Below are positions 38,851 through 52,589 of a DNA stretch of 64,000 nt, in pieces; position 1 is the stretch's first letter; the number at the start of each line of letters is the position of its first letter. Origin of the DNA: Eledone cirrhosa (lineage: Eukaryota); contig OZ024743.1 in assembly GCA_964016885.1 (NCBI GenBank), forward strand, positions 30,566,001 through 30,630,000, read 5' to 3'. Made by a program: the position numbers and the translations under genes. The notes below the pieces were generated by a model. It did not search any database. It had not been told where the DNA came from and saw only the letters and a program-made list of their open reading frames with translations.

Positions 38851-41800
38851 TTACAGATATATACTCAGAGTAGGCCCATTCACTCGGGCCATTCTTGCTT
38901 CTCTCACCCATCTTTCAACAAAATGCTGGGAAGAGAGCACTTCCCTCTCTACTCTGATTTTCCTTTTCAAATGAAATTTGAAAAAGTCAATCAGAGCATC
39001 ACCGAAGAGGTAAGTGCTCGTCTTCAGCCCTTTCAAACGTGTCCACCATACTATCTCTTTCACCATGGCCACCAGGCAGATAAAAACTGCCTGCCCTTCC
39101 CGGCTAAAGGAGGAGGGCGGGGCGATCCTCACGATGGACTCAGATGATAGCCGGATCCGTCCTAAACGCGACAGCAGGTGTTCGACATAAACCCACAAGT
39201 CAGCAATTTTCGGACACTGGACGAGTGCGTGCAGGACGGTTTCGTCGCCCTGCGCGCATCTCGGACATGCCCGGCTGACGGCACCTCCATGCCTGTAGAG
39301 TTTATCCCGAACTGGCAAGGCTCCTCGGTAGCACTGCCAGGCCAGAGATTTCTGGAAGTTGTCCATAGGCCCTGGCCCGAAAGTTCTTCCGAAGAGATTG
39401 GCTAGTTGATTTTCGTCGACGCCTAGAGTTTCCCCAAGTACGTCGTCGCTCTTCCCCTCCACTAATCCTCTATAGAACGCCGAGGTGGAGTTTCCACCGA
39501 TCACATTGCCCGATTGGTCGAGGGCTGTGAGCGCCTGAAGACATTCCAGTCTCCAGGCGCTCCCTCTCGGTCTTCGCTTGACCCAGGACTGCAGCTCCGT
39601 CAAGGAAACGAGCTGGGGAAAAACGCGTCTAGCAAACGGCGACCATACCTGATCACCGTCGAGGAAGAGGTGGAGATGTCGTAGCCTGAGCGCGTGCCTG
39701 CGCATCATCAGCCACGGCATGCCCAGCCCTCCACGTAGCGGGTGTTGCCAACAGATGGACAGCCTGACCATCGGAGCACGTCCCTTCCACAAAAAGCGAA
39801 AGAGCAAACGCTCCAGCGCAGTCAGGCGAGGCTTAGGACAAGGTACGACTGGTTAGGCGGTAGCAGATGACAGACGCGATGTACGCGTTAGCCACCTCCG
39901 CTCGACTTTTCAGGGATAGCTTCCTCTCCGCCCATTTCTGGGTGAGAGAAGCCACCCTGCTCGTCACCTCGTCCCAGTTTTTGTCCGTCTGGAGGTTCGG
40001 ACCGAACCAGACCCCTAGCAATTTAACCGGTCCGTCCATCCAGCGCCCGACGACGCTGTTGGACGGCATGGACCTGCCTCTCCAGGTGCCGAGCTGCAGG
40101 CCCACTGACTTTTCCTGGTTGATCATTGCTCCTGTCACCGCTTCGTATTCTCTTAGTGTAGTGCCGATCGCCTCGATGTGTTTGGCGTTCGACACCACTA
40201 CGGTGACATCGTCCGCATATGCTGATACGGATCTTCCGCATCCTAGTTCGCGCGGGACTCCCCTCAACGTCTCCAGTTTGTGCAGTAATGGCTCGAGAGT
40301 CAATACGTACAAGAGGGACGAGAGGGGACATCCTTGGTGGACCGAGCGCATGATGTTGAACGGTTCCGACAGGTGACCGTTCACTCTCACCACAGAGCAG
40401 ATGTCGCTGTGCATGGCAGCGATCCAGCCTCTGAAGACGGGCCCAAAGCCAGCCGCCCTCAGGACTGCCGTTAGGTAACGATGGTCGACCCTATCGAAAG
40501 CTTTCGACTGATCTAAATTGATCAAGGACCCACTCGTGCCAGGTTCCTTAGCTACCCTCTCTATGATGTATCGCATGAGGTGGAGGTTGTCGTGGATGGA
40601 TCTGTCGGGAATGGCGCATGTCTGCGCCTCTCCCACCAGACCACCAACGACAAGCGCCAACCTCTTTGCTAGCACCTTGGCCAAAATCTAGAACTCTGTG
40701 TTTAGCAGAGTTATGGGCCGGAAATTGTCTATGTTATCCCCCTTGTTCGGATCCTTTCTCAGCAGTGCCACCGCTCCTCGGCTCACAGAACTGGGAATTC
40801 TCCCATTCTGTTGCCAGTTGCAGTAGACGTCCGCCAAGAGGCCTCCGAACAAGTATGGCATCTGTACGTAAAGTTCATAGGGCAGACCATCCAAACCAGG
40901 CGATTTACCCCTTGTGCAGCCAGTCATTGCCTCCCTTACTTCAGCGGCTGTTATCGGCTTTTCGCAACACTTCGCCTCAGTGGCCGAGAGCCGCGGCAGT
41001 CCGTCGTGGTAGACACTAAAGTCCATCCCTCTACCCGGCCCCCCGCTGCCCCCGAACAGCTGAGCGAAGTGTCGCTGAAAAGCTTCACACATTTGCCCGG
41101 GATCGAGTAGCATGCGCCCGTCGTGGTCCACCAAAGACCGGATCGTGGCTCTGTTGCCACGACGCGCCTCCGCCACTCGGGCCCATTGAACGGCTTTCGT
41201 CCCCTCGTGTCTGAGAGCACGCACCCTAGCTCTGACAACGCAGCCTTCGTGCTTTGCATTGAAGAATTGGTCAAGGGCCAATTTCGCCGCAAGCACGTCG
41301 GTCGCAATGCCTTTGCTAAGCCCACGTCTAATTTTCTAACTAGTTCTCCCTCTGCTCTATTTTTCTCTATTGCTAAAGCCTTACTAACCCTAATCGATTC
41401 TATTATAATCGCTCTTTTCAGAGCAAACCACCACTTGTTGTTGACGATGGCCCCCGTCAACGCCCGCTTAACTAGTTCGCTAATCCGGTCTCTGTAGGCC
41501 TTGCGCGCTGGTAAGGACGCGTTTAGCTTCCAGTAGCCGGGTCCTCGTCTATGAAGCCTATCTAAGTCAAGCACACAGGTCACGAATTTGTGGTCCGTGT
41601 AGCTGACTATCTTGAATTGTGGACAGCCTATGCTAGACCTATCTATTTCCCTACAAAATACTCTATCTAGATATGATCTGGATGACCCTATGCGGTTTAT
41701 CCAAGTCCACATTGGCACATTCGGGAAATCCAATCGGTACCTGTCAGACAGTTCAAAACGCCTGAGCAGGTTGGTGAGCCTCTTGCACCCTCCACCCCTA

Positions 41801-42270
41801 TCCGCTAATCCCACACAGTCCCAGCGTGCATCTAAGATCCCGTTCCAGTCGCCTACTAACACTAAAGAGCAGGACGTTCCAAGAAAGGTCTCCAGACGCC
41901 GGAAGAAATCAGGCCGCCCTGCTCCTGTCGGGGCATAGACGGCCACTAGCCTGAAAGCTTGCCCGTCTCCGCTGGTCACGTCCAGCACCACCAGCTTACC
42001 CTCTGTGTCCAGGAAGATGGCCCGTATGGCGAGATCCAAACCTCTCCGAAAAAGCACAGCAACTCCTCCACCCGATCCAGGACGGCTGGGAGATGCGTAC
42101 ACATCGTAGCCGCCGAAGATCGGTTCGAAGGCCCGTGCTTCGGAGATTCTGGTCTCGCTGATGGCCACTACATCTATGTTTAGTGACCTGAGGTCGTTGA
42201 GCAGGTGACCCTGCTTCCATGACGACCCCAAGCCACGCGCTTTTATGCTGCCTATTCTGAGTGAGGTCAT
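38851..42270 (-). pseudogene. LINE ORF2: APE endonuclease, reverse transcriptase, C-terminal zinc finger
   Basis: VAISET, GDWN, YLDR, TDH (APE); KSPGLDG, RPITLLN, LDQSKAFDRVDH, QGCPLS, YADD (RT); CPRC..ETVLHALVQC; frameshifts near 41320 and 39835 and an in-frame TAG at 40688. Confidence 0.95.
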
Positions 42271-42305
42271 GTTTAAAATAGAGTGGAAAAGATGGGAAAG
42301 ACCAC

Positions 42306-43858
42306 TTACCGTACTTTTGGTAGAGGAGGGATGGTTTTTACATTCCTTTTCACTTGATCGTCTGGTGAAGGGACCGTTGAATCGTCCCTTCGGCTGGTCG
42401 TCGGCTCTTCTAAGAGAATGTCTGAATATACTCTTCGATTGATGGTTCCTCCTAGGTCCCTGAAATCACCAACTGCGTTGGGGAATTTCGTTTTAATGTT
42501 TGTGTATTGTTTCTGTGCTATTTTTAGCAGTCTTATGTTAGTTGGCGTTTTGATTGGTGCTATTATGTAGTCCTGTTGTGAAATGTCTGTGAGTTCAATT
42601 ATGTAAGTCATTAGTTTCTTGTTGTGTGTGTTTATTGCCGTGCATTTGTTTTTCTGGGGGTGGGGTGTGGTTCTGCTATTTTCTTGTCGTTGTTGCTGGG
42701 TGTGTGTGTTTTGTTGTTGTTTTTGCGATGTTGGTGCTTGTGGTGGTGATGTTGAAGGTGTTGTTGGCGGTGGGGTTGTCGCCGGTGGTGATGGTGGTGC
42801 TGGTGTGGGTGGTGATGGTGTTGGTGGTGTTGCTGCTGTGGGTCTCTTTGCAGTAGACTTTACCCTTTTCTCATTTCTTTCCTCCCTTTTCAAAGGCGAC
42901 GATGCGCTGCTTCTGCGTTTGTGCCTTCTTGCGACCTTTTGCCATCCCTCTCCCACCTCACACTCCATGTCTGATTCTGTGAGGTCGGGGAGGGGTACCA
43001 GCTCCTTCTTTCACTTGTTGTTGTTGGTGATGTTTGCACTGGAGTCTCTGTTGCAGCTGCATTTGGTATTGCTGTTGTTGTTGTTAATACTTCCACTGCT
43101 GCTGCTGTTTTTGATTTCCGTGGAGTGGGTATGGGTGCCACGGACCTATCGTTCCTGGTTGCCGCTTGTCCTGTTGCTGGTAGCCGTGGAGCCGGATTCG
43201 GAAGGAGGGGGGTTTTCTCCTTTCTCAGGGTCTTCTCGTTGCAGAAGGCCCTGAGGTGAGTCTTCGATCCACAGCGAAAGCATTTCGGGCGTTCGCCCTC
43301 AACACTTATGGGCAGTTGAGTGCCGTTATCGAAGTCTATCACATCCAAGTTTTTCGCAATACCTGCAAATGAGATTGGTTTTTCTCTGCTGTTGTTGTTG
43401 TCGTCAGAGCTGCTGGTACTTTTGTTGTTGCTGCAGGTACTACGACTACTGCCTCCGCCGCTGTTGCTGTGGTTGTTCTTGGTGTTGCTGCTGCTAAAGC
43501 TGTTGTTGTTTATGCTGCTGGTGATGCTGTTGCGGCTGCTACTGTTGTTTTCATTGTCACTGTTGCTGTTGTTATTACGGCTGCTACTGCTATTATTCCT
43601 GACGTCAGACGAATGAACTGGGTTTTCGTATTTCCCGCACACCTGTTTCGTCGCTGTCGTCGTCGTCGTGGAGAAACCTTGCACGCTTTGCACGAGACTT
43701 TTCTTTTCTTTCGTCACTTGCGAAAGAGAAGGGAGGGAGAGAGACACATTTAAAGAAGGGAGGGAGAGAGACAATCTTCTCTCTGCTGTAGTGATGATTG
43801 AGGAAGAAGAAGACGGAATGAGTGGGAGTGACGTATGAAATCTCTTTTTCGTAGCCAT
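42306..43858 (-). pseudogene. LINE ORF1 (gag-like, zinc knuckle), internally deleted and frameshifted
   Basis: CFRCGSKTHLRAFC knuckle; S/N/T/P low-complexity tracts; WQKVARR motif. Confidence 0.8.
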
Positions 43859-45267
43859 GTTGTTTTTTGTTTAAAATGAAATTTTGGGTACAAAACCCCA
43901 ATAACTGGTTATTTAACTCCGAAGGGCCAAATAACGGACAGAAAGACCCCTCTCACGAGGAGGAGGGTGTCTTTATCAACAATTTGGTTCAAGTTTTAAA
44001 CAATTTACAATTGTTTTAACGGTTAAAAATTACTATACCTTACAGAGCCGAGCCTCCGTCAACCATGGCATTCAATAATAATAATAATAAGCAAAAAATG
44101 AAGAGAAGTAGTAGTAGTGGGAGGATGAGGAGGGGGAGGATGAGGAGAAGGAGCAGCAGCAGTAGTAGTAGGTAGAGGAGGGAGGGCAGCAGCAGCAGCA
44201 GTAGTAGTAGTTGTTATAATAATGTCGATGTTGATGAGTCAAAAAAAATTAGAAGCGGTAGACATTGAAGATGGTATTGGTGTTAATTATAATATTGCGC
44301 CTAGAGTAATATTTTAATCGTACCAAGGCTACACTTCTCTTTCGAATAATTGATATCTGAATTCGTCAGAGCTTTGTTCATATCTGTGGCCAATTCTCCT
44401 GATTCAAGTAGCCGTAACAATTGTATGAAGCATGAATTATAAACAATATACTATTCACTATCACTTCAAATTTGATTTCTTGTACTTATGAAGTGGCAAA
44501 TACTGACTGACATTTTACTAATAAGTAGGTTAATGTAGAAGAATATATCTAACATAACGTCTAATGAGGTCTTCGGGTCATTTGCTGTTAAATAAACATT
44601 CATGTGCAATGTATCGATAAACTGCACAGTATATAGATAATTACATTATTATAAGAGATATATATGCTAGTGCGGTTATTGTTTCTTCTCTGTTTAGTTC
44701 TGTTCATACAACCAGAGGTAATCTTGTCTACTGTATTTAGAGAGCATTTACATTATTACCCTATTCATTGACCGCACACACAAATATTATAAATATGAAA
44801 AATTAATCCATAATTTATATATGAAATAGCAACTAAAAACAGTATTTCTATATTTTTAAATTTTATTCATGATCATGGTAAGAGATATGTGAGCGTCAGA
44901 CCTAATCGACGTTGGCTGGCTAACGAAAACTCACAAACTGACACAATACTGAGCGCTCACCGATTTGTGTCTCGTTTACACCAGTGCTTTTGAAACATCT
45001 GGAGCCCAGATTTTCTGAACAATTTTACTATTCATCTCAAGAGGTTTGAAGACAGACATGTGCTAGAACAAACACATCGAATAAGGTTAGAACCTCCCAC
45101 ACAATCCGCCAGCAAGCCCTCACGGTGCCACTAGTTCTGAACGAAAATAAAGTTTCTATATTTATCTGCCCAACTGCCTAATCAAGCCTATCCTACTTAA
45201 CGTTTTACCCCACCCCCCAAAGAGGCGTTTCACCAGCTAGAACCGGATATTTATATATATATATATA

Positions 45268-45545
45268 TAGTTATGTAATAAACAACATAAGATAATTATT
45301 TCATTTACCAGTGGTTTCTTGACAGCAAACACAATTTGCTTTCAGTCATCAAAATGATAAGATGCTGGTGTATTTATTGACAGTCGATTTTAAAAACAAA
45401 AATATAATATATATGAAAGTGAGGTTGGAAAAGCAAGAAGGAAAGGAAAAAGAATAAATGTAAAAGTAGATAAACACACATGCACACACACACACACACG
45501 CACGCACACACGCACACACACATACACTCAGACACGCATATACAT

Positions 45546-45560
<15 letters not shown>
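45268..45560 (-). mobile_element. Solo 3' end of the Naiad-like family with HHR remnant (45300-45358, C3U core mutation)
   Basis: Reverse complement of 8290-8511. Confidence 0.85.
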
Positions 45561-45595
<35 letters not shown>

Positions 45596-45727
45596 GTGAG
45601 GTTTTTTTTACAAAATGATAAATAACCGAGGTGTCCTACACGAGTGGAAGTATAAAGAAAAAGGGATGAAATCGAAAATGCAACTGAAGTCTTATTTTTT
45701 AAAAAAAATATATATATTTATTTGGTT

Positions 45728-45765
45728 CCTTTACCGGTTTCGCAGTTCTTCTGCTTTTCAAAAGG
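45728..45765 (-). ncRNA. Minimal type I hammerhead, U3-A8 core
   Basis: Inverted copy of 50695-50732. Confidence 0.8.
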
Positions 45766-47328
45766 TGAGTTGAGATGTAGGGTCTGTGGTTTTTCTCACA
45801 TCTGGTTGGTCTCTAAATGTTACTTGTTTTATATGGAAAAAGTGGCTCGAAAACCAGGTTTTTCGAGAAGTAATTTGATTGGTTTGTCAATAATTATAAT
45901 AAATTTCGCGCCAGTTCGCGTTACAATAGTTCCTCAAATAAGAGAGGGGGGGGGGGTTGTCACAGGTTGTTTTTTCATATATGAGTGTTTGAATTTCTTT
46001 TTACTTGAAAAAATGAGGCTCACGAAGGCTTTTTTTTGGTTGGTTATAAATGAAATTTGGCTGTCACGTGAACAAGTTTTCATTACATTTTTGCGCCCTT
46101 ATTTGGAAAACTATTCTGTATTCTTTATAGTGAATGTTATGACAAGGGAGAGATAGTGGTCAAGGGAAAAGGGATTGGGAGAAATGTTCTGGTTCAGTGA
46201 ATATGGCCAGCTGTCAGAGTTCAGGTGTCAGAGTTCAGATTTTCTATTGAGACTGAAGATATGTGTTTATTTGTGTGCTTGTGTGTATATGTGTGTGTGT
46301 GTGTGTGTATGTGTGTATTGGAAGATGATTCTATTAGTAGAGATGGGGGAGGGTGTTATGTGTGTGTGTGCGAGTATGTTAGATAGAGAGAATATATATT
46401 TTGTGTGTGTGTATATATATATGTGTGTAGGAAAGTGGTTCTATTAGTAGAAATGGGGAGGGTGTTGTAGGTGTGGGGGTTGTTATGTGTGTGTATGAGT
46501 GTTATGTGTGTGGTAGTATGGTTAGCATGTTAAGATGAAGAGAATATATATATATATATATATATATTGTGTGTGTGTGTATGTGTGTGTGTAGGAAAGT
46601 GATTCCTTTAGTAGGAATATTTTTGAATGAACATATTTTCCTGACTTTTTCGTGTTTGCTGTTGTATTGCCAGTGCAAACGTATGTTTAAGGTTTATTTA
46701 GTTCGGCTTTTTATTTTCTAAAGTAGAAGGTGTTATGTGTGTGTGTGTATGTCATATTGTGGTGTTTACATAATGTATATTAAACCTTATTTAATGTTGG
46801 TCTATATTTTTGAATAAACATATTTTCCTTATTTATTCGCATTTGTTCTGTTGTATTGTTAGCGCAAAGGTAAAATGGGAAGACTTGGAATTTGGGTGTC
46901 TTATTACTTGCGCAAATGTCTAGATATGCACTTAGTGGTATCTGTCTCGTGGTTGGATCTCGTAATTGTTGGCGATGAACTGTCATTCTGTTTCTGAGTG
47001 TGAGTTTAGTTTGTCCTATATAATCTTCATTGCATCCTTTACATTTAATGGCATAAAATAGATTTTTTGATGAGCAAGTGAAGTGATTTTTTACAGTAAA
47101 ATTTTGTCCTGATTTAAATGTATACGTGTTGCCTTCAATGAGGTGAGTGCAGGTTCCACAATTACAGCGACCACATTTTTTGATACTTGGTTGTGGGTTT
47201 GTGGTAGGTCATTTGGCATTGGTGAGTAATGTTTTCAGTGATTTTGGTTGTCTTTTGCTTTTGATTATTTTGTGTGTTTCAAGGGCTTTTTTCATTCTTG
47301 GGTATACTAATTAGATATAATAATACCA

Positions 47329-49662
47329 ATGAAAAAACATTCCAGAAAAATCATTTTTGTTAGACCAAGGCTACAGGACTCACGACACCCGGTGGCACAA
47401 ACCGATTTTGAAAAACCGAAAATAATTAACATTTCAAATACAAACCTCTCAGCCCAACAAGTAAAAATTATCTCCAAAGGTCTGAAATTCACACCAACAC
47501 CACAATATCCTAACCCCAACGAGATAAATGACGAAATCTCACACTTCTGTAGAAAATTACGTCTCACAGAGGAATTCTTTGACAAGGAGAATAACGACGA
47601 ATCAATTGTACGGAATAAAAGCAGCTACAACCCAACAAAAGGTAGAAACAGAGTTCTGGACAAATTTTGTGACCACATAGCTACCTTCCCATACCATGAA
47701 CTACCGCAACCTAAACCCAAACCCAACACAAGTCGAAGGGAATGGGAGATTGTCCATGAACTAAAAAACAATCCGGACATTGTAATTAAGGAAGCGGACA
47801 AGGGAAGTACTGTTGTCATTATGGAGGCTGAAAAATATAAAAATTATATGTTCTCTCTCTTACAAAATGCTAATTACTATGAAAGAGTAAAAAACTACCA
47901 GCAATCAAAAATAATGACCAAATTAAACACACTGATTTATCGATACCAGGAAGACCTAACTAAAAAGGAACGCGGTTATTTAACAAATTTTGAATACAAA
48001 ACCAGCAACCTTTACGGACTTCCGAAGATCCACAAATGTAAAATAATCAACGATGCCTGTAAACAATCCACCTCAGCCTGCGTGAACACACAATACCCCA
48101 CATACCTTAAATTAAGACCAATTGCAGCGGGCCCACAATGTGAAACACACAGATTGAGCAACTTTATAGACATACTACTGAAACCAATACTGAAACACAT
48201 ACCAAGCCTTGTAAGAGACGATCTGGACCTCTTAAACCACCTCCCCAAACATGTCAACAACGACACTATTATTGTGTCTTTCGATGTAGTGAATCTCTAC
48301 ACAACGATCCCACACCAATACGGACTAGAAGCAATAGGATTCTGGCTAGAGAAATATCCCAATGAGATACCTGACAGAATAGAAAAAAGCTTCATCACCG
48401 GCGGATTAAAATTCATCCTACAGAAGAACTTTTTTGATTTCGATGGCAATACTTACAAGCAAATATCGGGGACTGCGATGGGCACAAAAGCCGCTCCAAC
48501 TTATGCCAACTTAGTCATGGCATACTTAGAAGTCCAGATATATGAACAGTCCAAATCAAAATACGGATTGAACTTCCACAAATATTTATCAGAGAATTGG
48601 AAACGCTACTTGGATGATTGCCTCATTCTTTGGTCCCAGACACTCGACCAACTGAAGGATTTCAAAAACTTAATAAACGGCATCAATAACCACATCCAAT
48701 TCACAATGGAATACAGCCAAGATCAACTCCCATTTCTGGACATCTTAATCACAAAAAAAGACACAAATATCGAAACTGACATACACTACAAACCAACAGA
48801 TTCCAAACAATATCTGCTATTCACCTCCAACCATCCAAAGCACACGAAGACGAACATTCCTTTTAACCTAGCAAGAAGAATTTGCACAATTGTCTCCAAT
48901 TATGAAACGCGAAATAAAAGACTTCAAGAATTAAAGGAAATTCTACTTGAGAGAGAGTACCCACTATTACTAATAATTAATGGAATAGAAAGGGCTAAAG
49001 CAATAGGCATTGATGAATTACGGAAACAGAAACAAATTCAAGGTACGTCCAATATTCTATCATATATCTCAACACACAACCCAAGAAATGCGGAAGCTTA
49101 CAACACTATTCACAATAACATCCCACTACTAAAACAAAACCCAAGAATGAAAAAAGCCCTTGAAACACACAAAATAATCAAAAGCAAAAGACAACCAAAA
49201 TCACTGAAAACATTACTCACCAATGCCAAATGACCTACCACAAACCCACAACCAAGTATCAAAAAATGTGGTCGCTCTAATTGTGGAACCTGCACTCACC
49301 TCATTGAAGGCAACACGTATACATTTAAATCAGGACAAAATTTTACTGTAAAAAATCACTTCACTTGCTCATCAAAAAATCTATTTTATGCCATTAAATG
49401 TAAAGGATGCAATGAAGATTATATAGGACAAACTAAACTCACACTCAGAAACAGAATGACAGTTCATCGCCAACAATTACGAGATCCAACCACGAGACAG
49501 ATACCACTAAGTGCATATCTAGACATTTGCGCAAGTAATAAGACACCCAAATTCCAAGTCTTCCCATTTTACCTTTGCGCTAACAATACAACAGAACAAA
49601 TGCGAATAAATAAGGAAAATATGTTTATTCAAAAATATAGACCAACATTAAATAAGGTTTAA
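47329..49662 (+). CDS. PLE RT + GIY-YIG endonuclease; one in-frame TGA at 49231-49233
   Basis: KGLKF, ADKG, YGLPKIHK, LRPI, SFDVVNLYT, GTAMGT, RYLDD, PFLD; after the stop the same frame gives CGRSNCGTC, LFYAIKC...YIGQT, R..VH, E, LN. Confidence 0.92.
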
Positions 49663-50694
49663 TATACATTATGTAAACACCACAATATGACATACACACA
49701 CACACATAACACCTTCTACTTTAGAAAATAAAAAGCCGAACTAAATAAACCTTAAACATACGTTTGCACTGGCAATACAACAGCAAACACGAAAAAGTCA
49801 GGAAAATATGTTCATTCAAAAATATTCCTACTAAAGGAATCACTTTCCTACACACACACATACACACACACACAATATATATATATATATATATATATTC
49901 TCTTCATCTTAACATGCTAACCATACTACCACACACATAACACTCATACACACACATAACAACCCCCACACCTACAACACCCTCCCCATTTCTACTAATA
50001 GAACCACTTTCCTACACACATATATATATACACACACACAAAATATATATTCTCTCTATCTAACATACTCGCACACACACACATAACACCCATATACACA
50101 CACACACAACTCCCTCCCCCATCTCTACTAATAGAATCATCTTCCAATACACACATACACACACACACATATACACACAAGCACACAAATAAACACATAT
50201 CTTCAGTCTCAATAGAAAATCTGAACTCTGACACCTGAACTCTGACAGCTGGCCATATTCACTGAACCAGAACATTTCTCCCAATCCCTTTTCCCTTGAC
50301 CACTATCTCTCCATTGTCATAACATTCACTATAAAGAATACAGAATAGTTTTCCAAATAAGGGCGCAAAAATGTAATGAAAACTTGTTCACGTGACAGCC
50401 AAATTTCATTTATAACCAACCAAAAAAAAGCCTTCGTGAGCCTCATTTTTTCAAGTAAAAAGAAATTCAAACACTCATATATGAAAAAACAACCTGTGAC
50501 AACCCCCCCCCCCCTCTCTTATTTGAAGAACTATTGTAACGCGAACTGGTGCGAAATTTATTATAATTATTGACAAACCAATCAAATTACTTCTCGAAAA
50601 ACCTGGTTTTCGAGCCACTTTTTCCATATAAAACAAGTAACATTTAGAGACCAACCAGATGTGAGAAAAACCACAGACCCTCCATCTCAACTCA

Positions 50695-50732
50695 CCTTTT
50701 GAAAAGCAGAAGAACTGCGAAACCGGTAAAGG
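50695..50732 (+). ncRNA. Minimal type I hammerhead, U3-A8 core
   Basis: CCUU-UUGAAAA-GCAG(AAGAA)CUGC-GAAA-CCGG-UA-AAGG. Confidence 0.82.
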
Positions 50733-50802
50733 AACCAAATAAATATATATATTTTTTTTAAAAAATAAGACTTCAGTTGCATTTTCGATTTCATCCCTTT
50801 TT

Positions 50803-50859
<57 letters not shown>

Positions 50860-51495
50860 TATATACACATACATACATATATATATATATATATAGCCAT
50901 ACATACACATATACATAAATACACAAACACACATGTATATATATATATACACACACACATATATATATACACATACATACACACACATACATACACACAT
51001 ATATACACGCATACATACGCACGCACACAATTAATTAATAAAATAAGACTAAAGAAAATAAAAATTATGAAGTTTTTATTAAGTTATTTCCTATACAGGA
51101 AAGGACACAATTAAATATAAATAAACAAACACACGTGGTAAGCAATACACACATATACACATACACACATATAAATCATTACATACACACACACATATAC
51201 ACACACATATACATATATATATTAAAAAAATATATATATATACATATATATATATACATATATATAAAAAATATATATAAAAAAATAAAAAGGTGGAAGG
51301 GGTAAATAAATAGTTGGAAATATGACAAATAATAAATAAATAAATAGATAAAAGTATAAATGTTTATAGCTGATTTAGAGCACTCAACAAGTTCCTGGAG
51401 CGAATAATCAATGAAAATAAACATTAAATCACTATGTATGTAATTATGCATATACATACGCATATATCCATACATACACACACACTCTCAACCAT

Positions 51496-52070
<575 letters not shown>

Positions 52071-52102
52071 ATAATAACTTGTGTGTTACACCTCTATTCT
52101 TT

Positions 52103-52150
<48 letters not shown>

Positions 52151-52589
52151 AGAAAGTATGACCCCGACGGCAGAGCTCAAACCGTTTCGACGGCTATTAT
52201 ATATATATATATATATGTACAAATATATATATATACACACACACACTAATATACACACACACATATATACAAAAAGTTACATCACCACGATAATAAAAAT
52301 ACACACACACACATATAAATACACACACACATATATATATACACATATACACATACATATACACAGAAATAAATAGCTATAAATAAAAAAGGTGGGTATG
52401 TAAAGGGTAAGCTAGAAAGTAGGGGGGAATAAGGAAAATAAATAACATAGGAAAAGGTTTAAATATAAAGGGAGATAGGGAGGAAAAGAATATAAGGGTA
52501 CAGAAAGTGAGTTCAGAGAGTAATACAAAACGCAGTGGATGTAAGGCGTAAAGAGCAGAGAAGAAGCTCAAGGTGATTGAGTCATCAAG

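Larger units (their letters stand above)
38590..44070 (-). mobile_element. Near full-length Tx1/L1-clade LINE, disabled
   Basis: GC-rich block with ORF1 (CCHC) and ORF2 (APE-RT-zinc finger); AATAAA at the 3' end; (TAA)n on both flanks. Confidence 0.95.
45651..50809 (+). mobile_element. Neptune-like PLE with 1.65-kb inverted 5' duplication of its 3' part
   Basis: 45651-47303 is the near-identical reverse complement of 49139-50809; identical 68-aa ORFs at 46780(-) and 49456(+). Confidence 0.96.

Noticed and set aside
39178-43753. Plus-strand ORFs of 75-211 aa
   Set aside because: Antisense shadows of the GC-rich LINE ORFs
44880-45240. Possible Gypsy pol fragment (HRIRLEPP)
   Set aside because: Too short and degenerate to support
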